Source: the human T2T-CHM13v2.0 reference genome, Homo sapiens
DNA: 64,000 nt
NCBI RefSeq assembly: GCF_009914755.1
Contig: NC_060927.1
Strand: one strand, 5' to 3'
Shown here: positions 1 through 13,410 of the stretch, piece by piece
Layout: each line of letters starts with the position of its first letter
Numbering within the stretch: position 1 is the stretch's first letter
Notes under the pieces: generated by a model
The model's input: only the letters and a program-made list of their open reading frames with translations
Told to the model about the DNA's origin: nothing
Database searches by the model: none
Made by a program: the position numbers and the translations under genes

Positions 1-468
1 TAAATAGAGCTTGGAACTTGTCACCACAATTGTTCATTGAAATTCTTCATACTATTTTCCAATTTTTTAAATGCTCCAAGATATGAGTAATTGTAGACAC
101 AGTTTCAGTAAAAGCAATCTACAATTTCTATCAATAGACAAGCTGTTGAGAAAAATATTTAAGCCTGGGATTTCTCTGGAGCTGAGTTTTCAAACACCTC
201 GAGTCTAGAAGCACCTGTTTTGGGGGTTGAAAGCAGAGACTGAGAGAGAGACTGAAAGGCTTTCCTGCAGTAAAGATCCATACATGTTAGGAAATTATTT
301 TTTCAGTGGTTCAGAAGTAAGCAAAAGGGTATTTCTCAACTACGTTAGTGTTTTGTATTCACGGAACCCCAATTCTGAGTGTTATTACCATGGAAAATTC
401 TCAGCAAGGCTTCCAGGTTGTTTCTTGAGCAAGGTAGAAATAACATACAATCTAATAAGAATGGCTGG

Positions 469-735
469 GGCTGGGTGCAGTGGCTCACACCTGTAATCCC
501 AGCACTTTGGGAGGCCGAGGCGGATAGATCACCTGAGGTCAGGAGTTTGAGACCAGCCTGGGCAACATGGTGAAACTCTGTCTCTAGTAAAAATACAAAA
601 ATTAGCTGGGCATGGTGGCAGGCGCCTGTAATCCCAGCTACTTGGGAGGCTGAGGCAGGCGAAGCTTGAAGCCAGGAGGCGGAGGTTGTAGTGAGCTGAG
701 ATCATGCCATTGCACTCCAGCCTGGGCAACAGAGC
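469..735 (+). mobile_element. AluS-type SINE lacking its last ~10 nt and poly(A) tail, with 12-bp TSD
   Basis: Starts GGCTGGGTGCAGTGGCTCACACCTGTAATCCCAGC, has the central TAAAAATACAAAA linker, ends ...CCTGGGCAACAGAGC. AAGAATGGCTGG flanks it at 457-468 and 736-747. Confidence 0.95.
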
Positions 736-1001
736 AAGAATGGCTGGAAAATCAACTTGGTATAGACTTCCCTACAAGGATCATTATCACCTTCATTTAC
801 AAAGGATAACATTTCTATTCCCCTGAGACCACCAATTTCTTCAATATCTACATAGAGTACTTCAGTTTTCCACCACACTTAACGTTGGAAAGCCTAGTGA
901 TTTCTTCTAGACGGGCAATGTGAGATGTTGCTTATGTTCTATCAGTGGCTAACTTTCTGTCTTCCTTTTCTCTGAACTCTTCCTTCCTGTCCAACTCTCA
1001 G

Positions 1002-1042
1002 GCCACAACTGTGATATAAATGGTTATATCTTTTATGCCCAG
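1002..1042 (+). other. Candidate 41-nt internal exon (splice signals only)
   Basis: Branch-point CTAAC 949-953, AG-free pyrimidine tract to CAG at 999-1001, donor CAG|GTAAGG at 1043. Confidence 0.3.
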
Positions 1043-1229
1043 GTAAGGAGAAACACTCCTGTTCTTTAGTTCCCAATGCTAGAGACTACCACAAAGCTCT
1101 TGTGATCATGATTTCACTGAAGAATTAGGAATAAAATTGAAATTACAGCTTCAAAAAGGAATTGTTTAAAATTAAATATCAGTATCTCTGTTCTTTAAAT
1201 TATTCATCCAACCCCGCATCAAGAAGGTG

Positions 1230-1422
1230 TTGCAGATAAAACCCCAGGGAGAAGAATCTAAGGCAAAAATTAGCATGCCTGAGAGAAGTGCTCTTGGGAT
1301 CAAAACCAAGGAAGAGAAAGCAATGAAGCAGGATTAGACAAAAGGAGAAGTTGAGCTACAATGCAGTCTCAACAAAGGCCTTAGATGACTCCATGGGTAG
1401 TTCTGAAATTGAAATGGCCCTT
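1230..1422. mobile_element. Ancient ERVL-class LTR fragment (LTR16-like), truncated by the adjacent L1
   Basis: Motifs GTGCTCTTGGGATCAA...GGAGAAGTTGAGCT...ATGCAGTCTCAACAAAGGCCT resemble old ERVL LTRs as recalled; family uncertain. Confidence 0.4.
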
Positions 1423-2935
1423 CATCTTACCTGATTGCAAACTATACTACAAGGCCATAGTCACCAAAACAGCATGGTACTGGTATAAAAACAGGCACAT
1501 AAACCAATGGAAAAGAATAAAGAACCCAGAAATAAACCGAAATACTTACAGCCAACTGATCTTTGACAAAGCAAACAAAAACATAAAGTGGGGAAAGCAC
1601 ATCCTTTTCAACAAATGATGCTGGGATAATTGGCTAGCCACATGTAGGAGAATAAAACTGAATTCTCATCTCTCACCTTATACAAAAATCAACTCAAGAT
1701 CGATTAAGGACTTAAACCTAAAACCTAAAACTATAAAAATTCCAGAAGATAACATTGGAAAAAACCTTCTAGACATTGGCTTAGGCAAAGGATTTTGTGA
1801 CCAAGAACCCAAAAGCAAATGCAATAAAAACAAAGATAAATAGCTGGGACCTAATTAAACTGAAGAGCTTTTGCACAGCAAAGGAAATTCAGCAGAGTAA
1901 ACAGACAACCCACAGAGTGGGAGATAATCTTCACAGTCTATACATTGGACAAAGGACAAAGGACTGATATCCAGAATCTACAATGAACACAAAGAAATCA
2001 GTAAGAAAAAAAAAACAATCCCATCAAAAAGTGGGCTAAGGACATGAATAGAAAATGCTCAAAAGAAGATACACAAATGGCCAACAAATATATGAAAAAA
2101 TGCTCAACATCACTAATGATAAGGGAAATGCAAATCAAAACCATAGTGTGATACCATCTTACTTCTGTAAGAATTGCCGTAATCAAAAAATCAAAAAACA
2201 CTAGATGTTGGCATGGATGTGGTGATCAGGGAACACTTCTACACTGCTGGAGGGAATGTAAACTAGTACAGCCACTATAGTAAACAGTGTGGAGATTCCT
2301 TAAAGAACTAAAAGTAGAACTACCATTTAATCCAGCAATCCCACTACCAGGTATCTACCCAGAGGGAAATAAGTCATAAGAAAAAGATACTTGCATATGC
2401 AAGCTCATAGCAGCACAGTTCTCAATTGCAAAATTGAGGAACCAACCCAAATGCCTATCAACCAATAAGTGGATAAAGAAGCTGGTGTGTATATTTATAT
2501 AATATATATATATACACATGATATACATATATGTATATAATGTATATGTGATGGAATACTACTCAGCCATAAAAAGGAATGAATTAATGGCATTTGCAGT
2601 GACCTGGATGAGATTGGAGACTATTACTCTAAGTGAAGTAACTCAGGAATGGAAAACCAAATATTGTATGTTCTCACTGACATGTGGGAGGTAAGCCATG
2701 AATACACAAAGGCATAAGAATGATACAATGGATTTTGGGGACTTGGAGGGAAGAGTGGGAGAGGGGTGAGAGATAAAAGACTACAAATAGGGTGCAGTGT
2801 ATACTGCTTGGGTGATGGGTGCACCAAAATCCCGCAAAGCACCACTAAAGAACTTACTCACATAACCAAATAACACCTGTATTCTAATAACCTATAGAAA
2901 AAATGAAAAAGAAGATAAAAGCAAAAAAAAAACCT
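1423..2935 (+). mobile_element. L1PB-type LINE-1 3' fragment (ORF2 C-terminus, 3'UTR, A-rich tail)
   Basis: Encodes [23 protein letters not shown] (ORF2). 3'UTR GGGTGATGGGTGCACCAAAATC...CACCACTAAAGAACTTACTCA is typical of L1PB1-3. Confidence 0.9.
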
Positions 2936-2954
2936 AAACAAAACAAAAACAAAA

Positions 2955-4708
2955 ACAAAACCCATCCAAAGGAAAGCAACTTCAAAGATTGAAAGAACAT
3001 CAGCCCACATTGATGAGTGAGAAAGAACCAGTGCATGAACTCTAGCAACTCAAAAAGCCAGAGTGTTTTCTGACCTCCAAAAGACTGCACTAGTTCCAAA
3101 GCAAGGGTTCTCAACCAGGATGAAATGACTGAAATGACAGATGTAGAATTCAGGGCATAGAGAGGAATGAAGATCATGAAAATTCAGGAGAAAGTTGAAA
3201 CCCAATCCAAGGATTCTGAGGAATACAATAAAATGAAATAGGAGGTGAAAGATAAAGTACACATTGTAAGAATGAACCAAACTTATTTTAGAGAGCTGAA
3301 AAATCTCACTTTGAGAATTTCAGAATACAATCACAAGTATTAACTTCAGAATTCATCAAGCTAAGGAAAGTATCTCAGAGCTCAAAGACTGGCTCTCCCA
3401 AATAACTCAATCAGAAAAGAATTTAAAAATAAAGAAAGAAAAATGAGCAAAACCTCAAAGAAATGTGAGATTATATAAAGAGAGCAAATCTATGATGCAT
3501 TGTCATCTCTGAAAGAGTGAAAGAGAAAGGAAGCAACTTGGAAAATGTATTTCAGGATATGGTTCATGAAAATTTCCCCAGCCACAATAGTAGGGTTAAC
3601 ATTTAAATTCGGGAAATGCAGAGAACCCCTGAGAGGTACTACACAAGATGACTGTCTCCAAGACACATAGTCATCAGAGTCTCCAAGGTCGAAATGAAAG
3701 AAAAAATGCTAAAGGCAACTAGATAAAAGGGCCAGGTCACCTACAAAGGGAACTCCATTAGGCTAACAGTGGATCTTTCAGCAGAAACCCTATGAGCCAG
3801 AAAATATTGGGGTCATATATTCAGCATTCTTAAAGAAGAAAAATTTCAACCAAGAATTTCATATTCAGCCAAACTAAGCAAAGAATAAATTATATCCTTT
3901 TCAGAGAAGCAAACGCGAAGGGAATTCGTTACCACCAGACCTGCCTTGAAAGAGGTCCCAATGGAGTACTAAATATGGAGAGGAGTGAGCATTACTAGCC
4001 ACTATAAAAACACACTTAATTACATAGACCACTGACACTATAAAGCAACCACAAAAACAGGTCTGCATAATAGCCAGCTAACAACATGATGACAGGATCA
4101 AATCTGTACACATCAATATTAACCTTGAATGTAAATGGCAAAATTAAAAGTCAGAGTGGCAAACCAGATAAAGAAGCAAGACCCAATGATATGTGGTCTT
4201 CACGAGACCCTCTTACCTGCAGTGATGTCCATAGGCTCAAAGTAAAGGGATGGAGAAAAATGTACCAAGCAGATAGAAAACAGAAAAAAAAAAAGCAGGG
4301 GTTGCAATCCTAATTTTAGACAAATCAGACTTTAAACCAGCAAAGATCAAAAAAAGACAGAGAAGACCATTTCATAAAGAAAAGGGGCTTGATTCAACAA
4401 GAAGACCTAACTCTTCTAAATATATATGCACATAATGCAGGAGCACCAAGATTCATGAAACAAGCTCTTAGAGACTTAGGAGGAGACTTAAACAACCACA
4501 CAATAATTCTGGGAGACTTTAACACCTCACTGACAGTATTAGATCACTGAGGCAGGAAACTAAGAAAGATATACAGGACCTGAATTTGACACTTGACAAA
4601 ATGGACCTAATAGACATCTGCACAACTCTCCACCCCAAAACAACAGAATATACATTCTTATCCCTGCTACATGGCACATATTCTGAAAACAACTGCACAA
4701 TCAATTCT

Positions 4709-4748
<40 letters not shown>

Positions 4749-6620
4749 ATAGTAACCACACTCTCAGACCACAGCAAAATAAATAAAAGTAAAAATAAAT
4801 AATAAGAAAATTGCTCAAAATCATACAATGACATGGAAATTAAACAAGCTACTCTTGTATGACTTTAGAGCAAACAATTAAATTAAGACAGAAATCCAGA
4901 AATTATTTGAAAGTACAGAAATACAAAAACTCTCAGAGATTATTACAAACATTTCTATGCACACAAGCTAGAAAATCTGGAACAATGGATAAATACCTAG
5001 AAACATACAAATTTCCAAGACTGAACCAGGAAGAATTGATTCCTGAACAGAGTGATAATGAGTTCTGAAACTGAATCAGTAATAAAAAGCCTACCAACTA
5101 GAAAAAGCCCAGGACTGGATAGGTTTAAAGCCAAATTTTACCGGATATATAAAAAGGAGCTGGTACTATGCCTAATTAAACTATTCCAAAAATTTGAGAA
5201 GGGACTTTTCCCTAACTCATTCTATAAGGCCGGCATCATTCTGATACCAAAACGTGGCAAAGACACAACAAAAAAAACCTCAAGCCAACATCCTTGATGA
5301 ACATCAATGCCAAAATCCCCAAGAAAATACTAGAAAACTGAATCTAGCAGTACATCAGAAAGCTAATCCACCACAATCAGGTAAGCTTTATCCCTGGATA
5401 AAATAGTTATAGGTATATAAACTATAGTATAATTTAGAATAGTGACGTTGGTTGAACATATGTACATCAACAGAATTAAAACAGAATTAAAAACAAAAAA
5501 CACATAATTATCTCAATAAATGCACAAAAGATATTTGATAAAATTCAACATTGCTTCATGTTAAAAAAAAAAACCCTTCAACAAACCAGGCTTTGAAGGA
5601 ACATAGTTCAAAATAATAAGAGCCATCTATGACAAACCCATAGTCAACATCATACTGAATAGGCAAAAGTAGAAGTATCCCCTTTTAAAACCAGAACAAG
5701 ACAAGGATGCCTGCTTTCACCACTACTATTCAACATAGTGCAGGAAGTCTTAGCCAGAGCAATCAGGCAAGAGGGAGAAATAAAAGGCATCTAAATAGGA
5801 GGAAAGAGAATCAAACTATTCCTGTTTGCAGATGATATGATTCTATACCTAGAAACCCCATAGTCTCTGTTCGAAAGCTCTTTGATCTGATAAACGACTT
5901 CAGCAAAGTTTCAGGTTACAAAATCCATGTATAAAAATCAGTAGCATTCTCACACACCAACTTCCAAGATGAGAGCCAAATCAATAATTCAATCTCATTC
6001 ATAATAGCCACAAGAAGAATAAAATGACTGGGAATACAGCTATCCAGAGAGGTAAAATATCTCTGCAATGAGAATTACAAAATACTGTTTATCATGAATA
6101 GGAAGAATCAATATTGTTAAAATGGTGATACTGTCTAAAATAATTTACAGATTCAATGCTATTTCTATAAATCTACCAATAACATTCTTCATATTATTAG
6201 AATAAACTACTTTAAAATGCATGCAGAACCAAAAAATTAGCCTGAAAAGCCAAGGAAATCCTAAGCAAGAAAAACAAAGCTAGAGGTCTAAAATCATCCA
6301 ACTTCAAATTATATTGCAAGGCTGCAGTAACCAAAACAGCATGGTACTGGTACAAAAACAGACACATAGACCAATGGAACATAATAGAGAGCCCCAACAT
6401 AATGCCACAAACTTACAACCATCTGATCTTCAACAAAGTTGACAAAAGTAAGTAATGATGAAAGGATTCCTTTCACAATAAATAGTGCTAGGATCACTGG
6501 CTAGCAATATGCAGAATACTTACATTGGACCCCTTCCTTACACCATCTACAAAACTCAGCTCAAGATGGATTAAGGACTTAAATGTGAAACCAAAAATCT
6601 GTGAAAACCCTGGAAGATAA
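2955..6620 (+). mobile_element. L1PA15/16-like LINE-1: decayed ORF1 and most of ORF2, no 5'UTR or 3' end, internal deletions
   Basis: ORF1-like from ~2960; ORF2 start MMTGSN at 4086; RT motif TTTGCAGATGAT (FADD) at ~5825. Deletions near 4912 and 6090. Cut at 6621 by an MST LTR. Confidence 0.9.
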
Positions 6621-6621
6621 T

Positions 6622-8556
6622 TGACATAGTTGATATTTGTCCCTGCCTAAATCTCATGATGTTGATATGTAATCCCCAGGGTAGGAGCCTTGTGGGAGGT
6701 GTTTGGATTATGGATAGGGTCCCTCATGAATGGCTTGGCCCAGCCCATTGGTGATAAGTGAGCTCTCACTCTGAGTTCACATGAGATCTGCTCATTTGGA
6801 AGTGTGTGGCTCTCACCTCCCTACTCTTTCTCTCTCTCTCTGGCTCCTACTGCAGCATGTGATTTCCTTGGTCCCACTTTGCCTTCTGCCATGAGTAACA
6901 GCTTCCTGAGGGCTTCCCAGAGACTGATGCTGGTGCCATGCTTCCTAGACAGCATATAGAGCTGTGAACAAATTAACCCTATTTTCTTTATAAATTTCTC
7001 AGTTTCAGATATTGCTTTAAAGCACCACAAGAATGACCTAATAATAGAAAATTTGTACCAAGGAATTGGCATTGCTATAATGATACCTAAAAATGTGAAA
7101 GCAGTTTTAAAACTGGGTAATGGGCAGAGGTTGGAAGAGTTTGGAGGGCTCAGTAGAAGATAGGAAGATAAAGGACAGTTTGTAACTTCCTGGACACTAG
7201 TTAAATATTTGTGACAAAATGCTGACAGTGATATTGCTGTTGACATACAGGTTGTCAAGGTCTCAAATGAAAATCATGAACTTTTTGAGAACTGGAGCAA
7301 AAGTCACTGTGTTCTGCCTTAGCAAAGAACTTGACTACATTGTGCTCCTGCCTTAGGGATCTGTGGAAGTTTCAACTTCAGAGTAGTGATTTAGGTTATC
7401 TGGCAGAAGAAACTTCTAAGCAGTAAAGCATTCAAGATATGGCCTGGCTGCTTCTAACATCATATGCTCAGATGCAGAAGCAAAGAAATTACTTAAATTT
7501 GGAATTTATATCTAAACAGGAAGCAGAACACAAAAGTTTGGAAAATTTGCAGCCTGGCCATGTGGCTAAGAAAAAAAAATGCTTTTTCAGAAGAGGAATT
7601 CAAGCAGCCTGTGGAGCAACTGCTTTCTAGAGAAATTTGCATAGCTAAAAAGAAGGTAGGTACTGAGAGCCAAGACAATGGGAAAAAGTCCTTGAAGGCA
7701 TTTCAGAGTTTTTTGAGGCAGCCTCTCCTATCACAGGCTCTGAGCCCTAGAATGACTAAATGGTTTCAGAGGTGAAGCTAAGGGTTCTGCTGCCTTGTGT
7801 AGCTTCCAGACACTGGTCCTCATATCACAGCTTCTCTGGCTCCAGCTTTGGCTACAGAGGGTGCAAGCCAAAAGCCTTGGTGGCTTCTACATGTTTTTAA
7901 GTCTGAGGGTGCAAAGAATGCAAGAGTTGAAGCTTGGCACCCTCTGCTTAGATTTTAAAGGGTGTGTGGAAAAGCCTAGATGTCCAGGCAGACGCCTGCT
8001 GCAAGAGTGGATCCCTCAGAAAGAATTTCTACTAGGGCTAGGCAGAGGGGAAATGTGGGGATGGAGGCCCTACAGAGTCCCCACTGGGGTGCTGTCTAGT
8101 GGAGCTATGAGAAAGGAGCCACTGTCCTCCAGATTTGAGAAGGTAGATCCACCAGCAGCTTAAACACTGTGCCTGGAAAAGCTGGAGACATTAAACTCCA
8201 GCCCAAAAAAGCAGCCATGGGGGATAAACCATGCAAAGCCACAGAGTCAGAGTTGCCAACAGCCTAGGGAACCAACTTCTTTCTCCAGTGTACCTTGGAT
8301 GTGGGCCATGGAGTCAAAAGAGATTATTTCAGAGGTATAAGATGTAATGGCTGCCCTGCTGGGTTTTAACCTGCATGGGGCCTGTAGCCCCTTTCTTTTA
8401 GCTGATTTCTTCCTTTTGAAACATGAATGTTTATCCAATGCCTGTACCCTCATTGAGGCCTTCCCAGAAGCCAAGCAGATGGCCAGCATCATGCTTACTG
8501 TACAGCCTGCAGAACCATAAGCCAGTTAAAACCTATTTTCTTTATAAATTACCCAG
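6622..8556 (+). mobile_element. MST (ERVL-MaLR) element: MSTB-like 5' LTR 6622-7046, internal region 7047-8455, partial 3' LTR 8455-8556
   Basis: LTR motifs AAATCTCATG, TGTAATCCCC, TTTTCTTTATAAATT. Internal region has GGGTAATGGGCAGAGGTTGGAAGAGTTTGGAGGGCTCAG. LTR tail recurs at 8455-8556. Confidence 0.88.
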
Positions 8557-9196
8557 TGTATTAGTCTGTTTTCACACTGCTAATAAAGACATACCCAAGA
8601 CCTTGTATAAAAGAGAGAGGTTTAATTGACTCACAGTTAAGTATGGCTGGGAAGACCTCAAGAAACTTACAATCATGGCAGAAGGGGAAGCAAATCATGA
8701 TGGCAGGAAGGAGATGTGCAGAGTAAAGGTGGGGAAAAGCACCTTATAAAACCATCAGATCTTATGAGAACTCATTCACTATTACCAAAACTGCATGGAG
8801 GTAACCTCCCCCATGATTCAATTACCTCCCACCACATCCCTCCCATGACATGTGGGAGTTATGGGAACTATAATTCAAGGTGAGATTTGTTTGGGAACAT
8901 AGCCAAACCATGTCATTCTATCTCAACCCCTCCCAAATGTCATGTCCTCACACTTTAAAACACAATCATGCCTTCCCAACAGTCCCCAAAAGTCTTACTT
9001 ATTCCAGAATTAACTCAAAAGTCCAAGTCCAAAGTCTCATCTGAGACAAAGCAAGTCCCTTCCACCTATGACCCTGTAAAATCAAAAGCAAGTTAATTAC
9101 TTTCTAGATACAATGGGGGTACAGGCATTGGGCAAATACACCTGTTCCAAACGGGAGAAGTTGGCTAAAACAAAGAGGTTACAGGCCCTGTGCAAG
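8557..9196 (-). mobile_element. THE1 (THE1C-like) 3' LTR 8557-8915 plus end of internal region 8916-9196
   Basis: TGTATTAGTCTGTTTTCACACTGCTAATAAAGACATACCC...AGCCAAACCATGTCA is the reverse complement of a THE1 LTR, followed by THE1-int AAGTCCAAAGTCTCATCTGAGACAA. Confidence 0.9.
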
Positions 9197-9389
9197 AATG
9201 TTGAATATTGGCACCTAATCTCTTCTAGTTTGCAGGGTTTCTGCTGAGAGGTCTGCTATTAGTGTGAAGTACTTCTCTTTGTAGGTGACCTGACCTTTCT
9301 CTCTTGCTATCTTTAGCATTTTTTTTTTCATTTCAACTTTGGAGAGTCTGATGACTATGTGTCTTGAGGATGATTTTCTTGCAAAGTAG
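9194..9389 (-). mobile_element. Short L1P ORF1 fragment, inverted relative to neighbours
   Basis: Reverse complement is homologous to ORF1 sequence at ~3637-3830 (AAGACACATAGTCATCAGA...CAGGTCACCTACAAAG). Confidence 0.8.
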
Positions 9390-11300
9390 CAATACAGTAA
9401 TATTACAGAATTTCAATACCCAACTTTCAACAATGGCCAGATCATCTGGTCAGAAAATCAATAAACAAAGATTGGAATTAAATTACACTTCAAAGTAAAC
9501 CTAATAGATATTTACAGAACCTTTCATTCAACACTAAAATAAACATTCTTATCAAGTGCACACAAAACATTCTCCAGAATAGATAATATATTGGGGCACA
9601 TAAAAAGTCTTAACAAACTTAGGAATATTTATATCATTTGATGTATAATTTTTAGCCACAATGGTATGAAATCAGAAATCAATAACAGGAGGAAAATTGA
9701 AAAATACACAAATATGTGGAAATTAAACAACACACACCTGCATAATCCATGGGCCAAAGAATAAATAAAAGGGAAAGCAAAAATGTCTTACAACAAATGA
9801 AAATGGAAACATAACATACCAAAACTTACGGGACGCAGCAAAAGCAGTTCTGAGAAGTTTGTAGTCATAAATCCCTACATTAAGAAAATAAAAAGATCTC
9901 AAATAAACAACTTAACTTTGCATCTCAATGAACTGGAAAAAGAACAATCTAAGCTCAAAGTTAGAACAAGGAAAGGAAATAATAAAGATCAAAGCAGAAA
10001 TAAATAAAATAGAGACTAGAAAAAATCAAGGAATCTAAGTTGGTTTTTTTGAAAATATAAACAAATTTAACAAACTCTTATCTAAACTAAGAAAAAAATA
10101 AAGAAGATACATCTAAAATCAGAAATGTAAGAGGAGACGTAACAAATTATACCACAGAAATAAAAAGGAACATAAGAGACTACTATGAACAATTCCATGC
10201 CAACAAATTGGTTAACCTCAAAGAAATGGACAAATTCCTAGAAATATACAATCTTCTAAGACTGAATCATGAAGAAACAGAAAATCTACAAGGACAAATA
10301 ACATTAAGGAGATTGACTCAGTAATCAAAACTTCCCAACAAAGTAAAGCCCATGATTAGATGGTTTCAATGGTGAATTTTATCAAACTTTTAAGGAAGAA
10401 TTAATGTCAATCCTTCTTAAACTATTCTAAAATTTTGAAGAGGACGGGACATTTACACACTCATTTTAAGGCCAGAGTTCCCTGATACCAAATTCAGACA
10501 AGGATACTACGTAAAAATAAAACTATAGGCCAATATCCCTGATAAGTATAGAAGCAAAAATCTTCAACAAATTACTAGCAAACTGAATTTAAGAGCACAT
10601 TAGAAGGATCATATACCATGACAAAGTAGGATTTATACTTGAGATGAAAGGATGGTTCAAAATATGCAAATCAATAAATACAATATACCATATAAACAGA
10701 ATAAAAATTTAAAATCATATGATTATCTCAATAGGTGCAGACAAAAACATTTGATAAAACTCAACATCCTTTCATGTGATAACTCTCAACAAATTAGTTA
10801 TAGTAGGAATGTACTTCAACATAATAAAGGTTATATATGACAAGTTTACAGCAAACATCGTACTCAATGTCAAAAAGCTAAAAGCTTTTTCTCTAAGCAC
10901 AGGAATAAGACCAAGATGCCCACACTCCTGACTTCTATTCAACATAGTACTAGAAGTCCTAGCCAGGGCAATTAGAGAGGAAAATCAAATAAAAAGGCAT
11001 CCAAATTGAAAACAAAGAAGTAAAATTGTCTCTGTTAAGAGATGTCATAATTTTTATATAGAAACCATAAAGATTCCACCAAAAATTTGTCAGAACAAAT
11101 AAATATAATAAAGTTGCAGGATACAAAGTCAATAACAAAATCAGCAGTGTTTCTATATACTAACAGTAAACTATTGAAAAAAGTAAACAATCTCATTTAC
11201 AATAGCCACACAAAAATAGAATACTTGATGACTATGCAGTAACAAATTTTCTCATGTATTCCATAAATATGAACAAGTAAAATAAATAAATATTAAATAA

Positions 11301-11637
<337 letters not shown>

Positions 11638-12967
11638 ATGATGGGTCTTTACACTTAAATCTCTGAAACATTAATAAACTAAATTGGAGAAGACACAAAT
11701 AAATGGAAATGTATTCCATATCCATAGACTAGAAGATAATATTTCAAAAATATACCTATCACTCATAGCAATCTATATATTCTATGCAATCCCTCTCAAA
11801 ATTTCAATGGAACTTTTCACTGAAACAGAAAAAACAATTAAAAATCGAGATAAAACCACGAAAGACCCTAAATGCTAAAGCAATCTTGACTGAGAAAAAC
11901 AAAGGTGAGAGCAACAAACTTCCTGATTTCATATTATATTACAAAACTATAATAATCAAAACAGTGTGGTACTGGCATAAAAATATACACATAGACTAAT
12001 GGAACAGATAGGGAGCCAAGAAATAAACACACACATAAAGTCAATTAATCTTTGACAAAGGCACCGAGGATACATGATTCGGAAAGGATAGTCTCTTCAA
12101 TAAATGGAAATTGGATATCCACATGGAAAAACTGAAATTGGATTTTTATCTTACTCCATAGTAAAAAAAAAAATTTAACCCAAAATATATTAAGGACTTA
12201 AATGCAAGACCTGAACCTATAAAACCCCTAGTAGAAAACATAAGGGAAAACCTCCATGACCTTAGTCTTAGCAATGATTTTAGGATTTGACATCAAAAGC
12301 CAGGCAACAAAAGCAAAAATAAACAAGTGAGACTACATCAAAGTAAAAAGTTGCTGCACAGCAAGGAAGGAAACAATGAAATGAAAAGACAACCCATATA
12401 ATAGTAGGAAATATTTGTAAACCATATATACAACAAGGGGTTTATATCCAAATATATAAGAAACTGATACAACTCAATAACAAGAAACCAAATAACACAA
12501 TTTAAAAATGGGTAAAAGGTCTATATAGGCATTTCTTAAAAGAAAACATACAAATGGCCAACAGCTATATGAAAAAATACTCAATGTCACTAACCATTGG
12601 GGAAATGCAAATCAGAACCACAGTGAGATATCACCTCATACCTGTTAGGGATGGCTACTATCAAAATGTCAAAATATAAGAAATGTTGGCTAGGATGTGG
12701 AGAAATGGGAACCCTCATACATTGCTAGTGAGAAGGCAAATTAGTACAGTCATTATAGAAAACAGTACGGAAGTACCCTAAAAAATTAAAAATACAACTA
12801 CCATATAATCCAGCAATTTGACTTCTGAGTATATATCCAAAGGAAATAAAATCACTATCTCAAAAACATATTTGCACTTACATGTTCATTGCAGCATTAC
12901 TCACAATAACCAAGAGATAGTAACAACCTAAGTGTCCACTGATAGATGAATGGATAAAGAAAATGTG

Positions 12968-13090
12968 ATTATATATGTGTGTAATATATATATATATATA
13001 TGTCTGTGTGTGTACACATATATGTATACACATGTTTGTTTGTTATATATGTATATACACATGTTTGTTTGTGTGTGCATGTGTGTGTAT
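12968..13090. repeat. Degenerate (TA)n/(TG)n microsatellite inside the L1MA
   Basis: ATATATGTGTGTAATATATATATA...GTGTGTGTAT read directly. Confidence 0.85.
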
Positions 13091-13410
13091 GAAATTCAAC
13101 CCTAAAAGAGAAAGAAAATAAATAAAAGAAGTCCTGCATTTGCAACATATATGAATCTACAGGATATTATGTTAATTGAAATAAACCAGACACAGAACAA
13201 CAAATATGGCATGATCTCACTTATATGTGGACTCTTAAAAAGTTGAACTCATAGCAACAGAGGATATAACAGTAGTTGTCAGGGGTTTGGGGGTAGATTG
13301 GAGAAAATGAGGGTATGTTGGTCAAAGGATACAAACTTAAACTTACTGTTAGAAGATAAGTTCTCGAGATAAAAGGTAGCATGGTGACTATAGTTGATAA
13401 TGATAATGTA

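Noticed and set aside
379-729. Alu-derived ORFs (also 11304-11725, 29400-29978, 42527-42772)
   Set aside because: Typical Alu translations ([17 protein letters not shown]), not genes.
6821-8629. 122-145-aa ORFs
   Set aside because: They lie within MST LTR/internal sequence; decayed MaLR ORF remnants or antisense noise.
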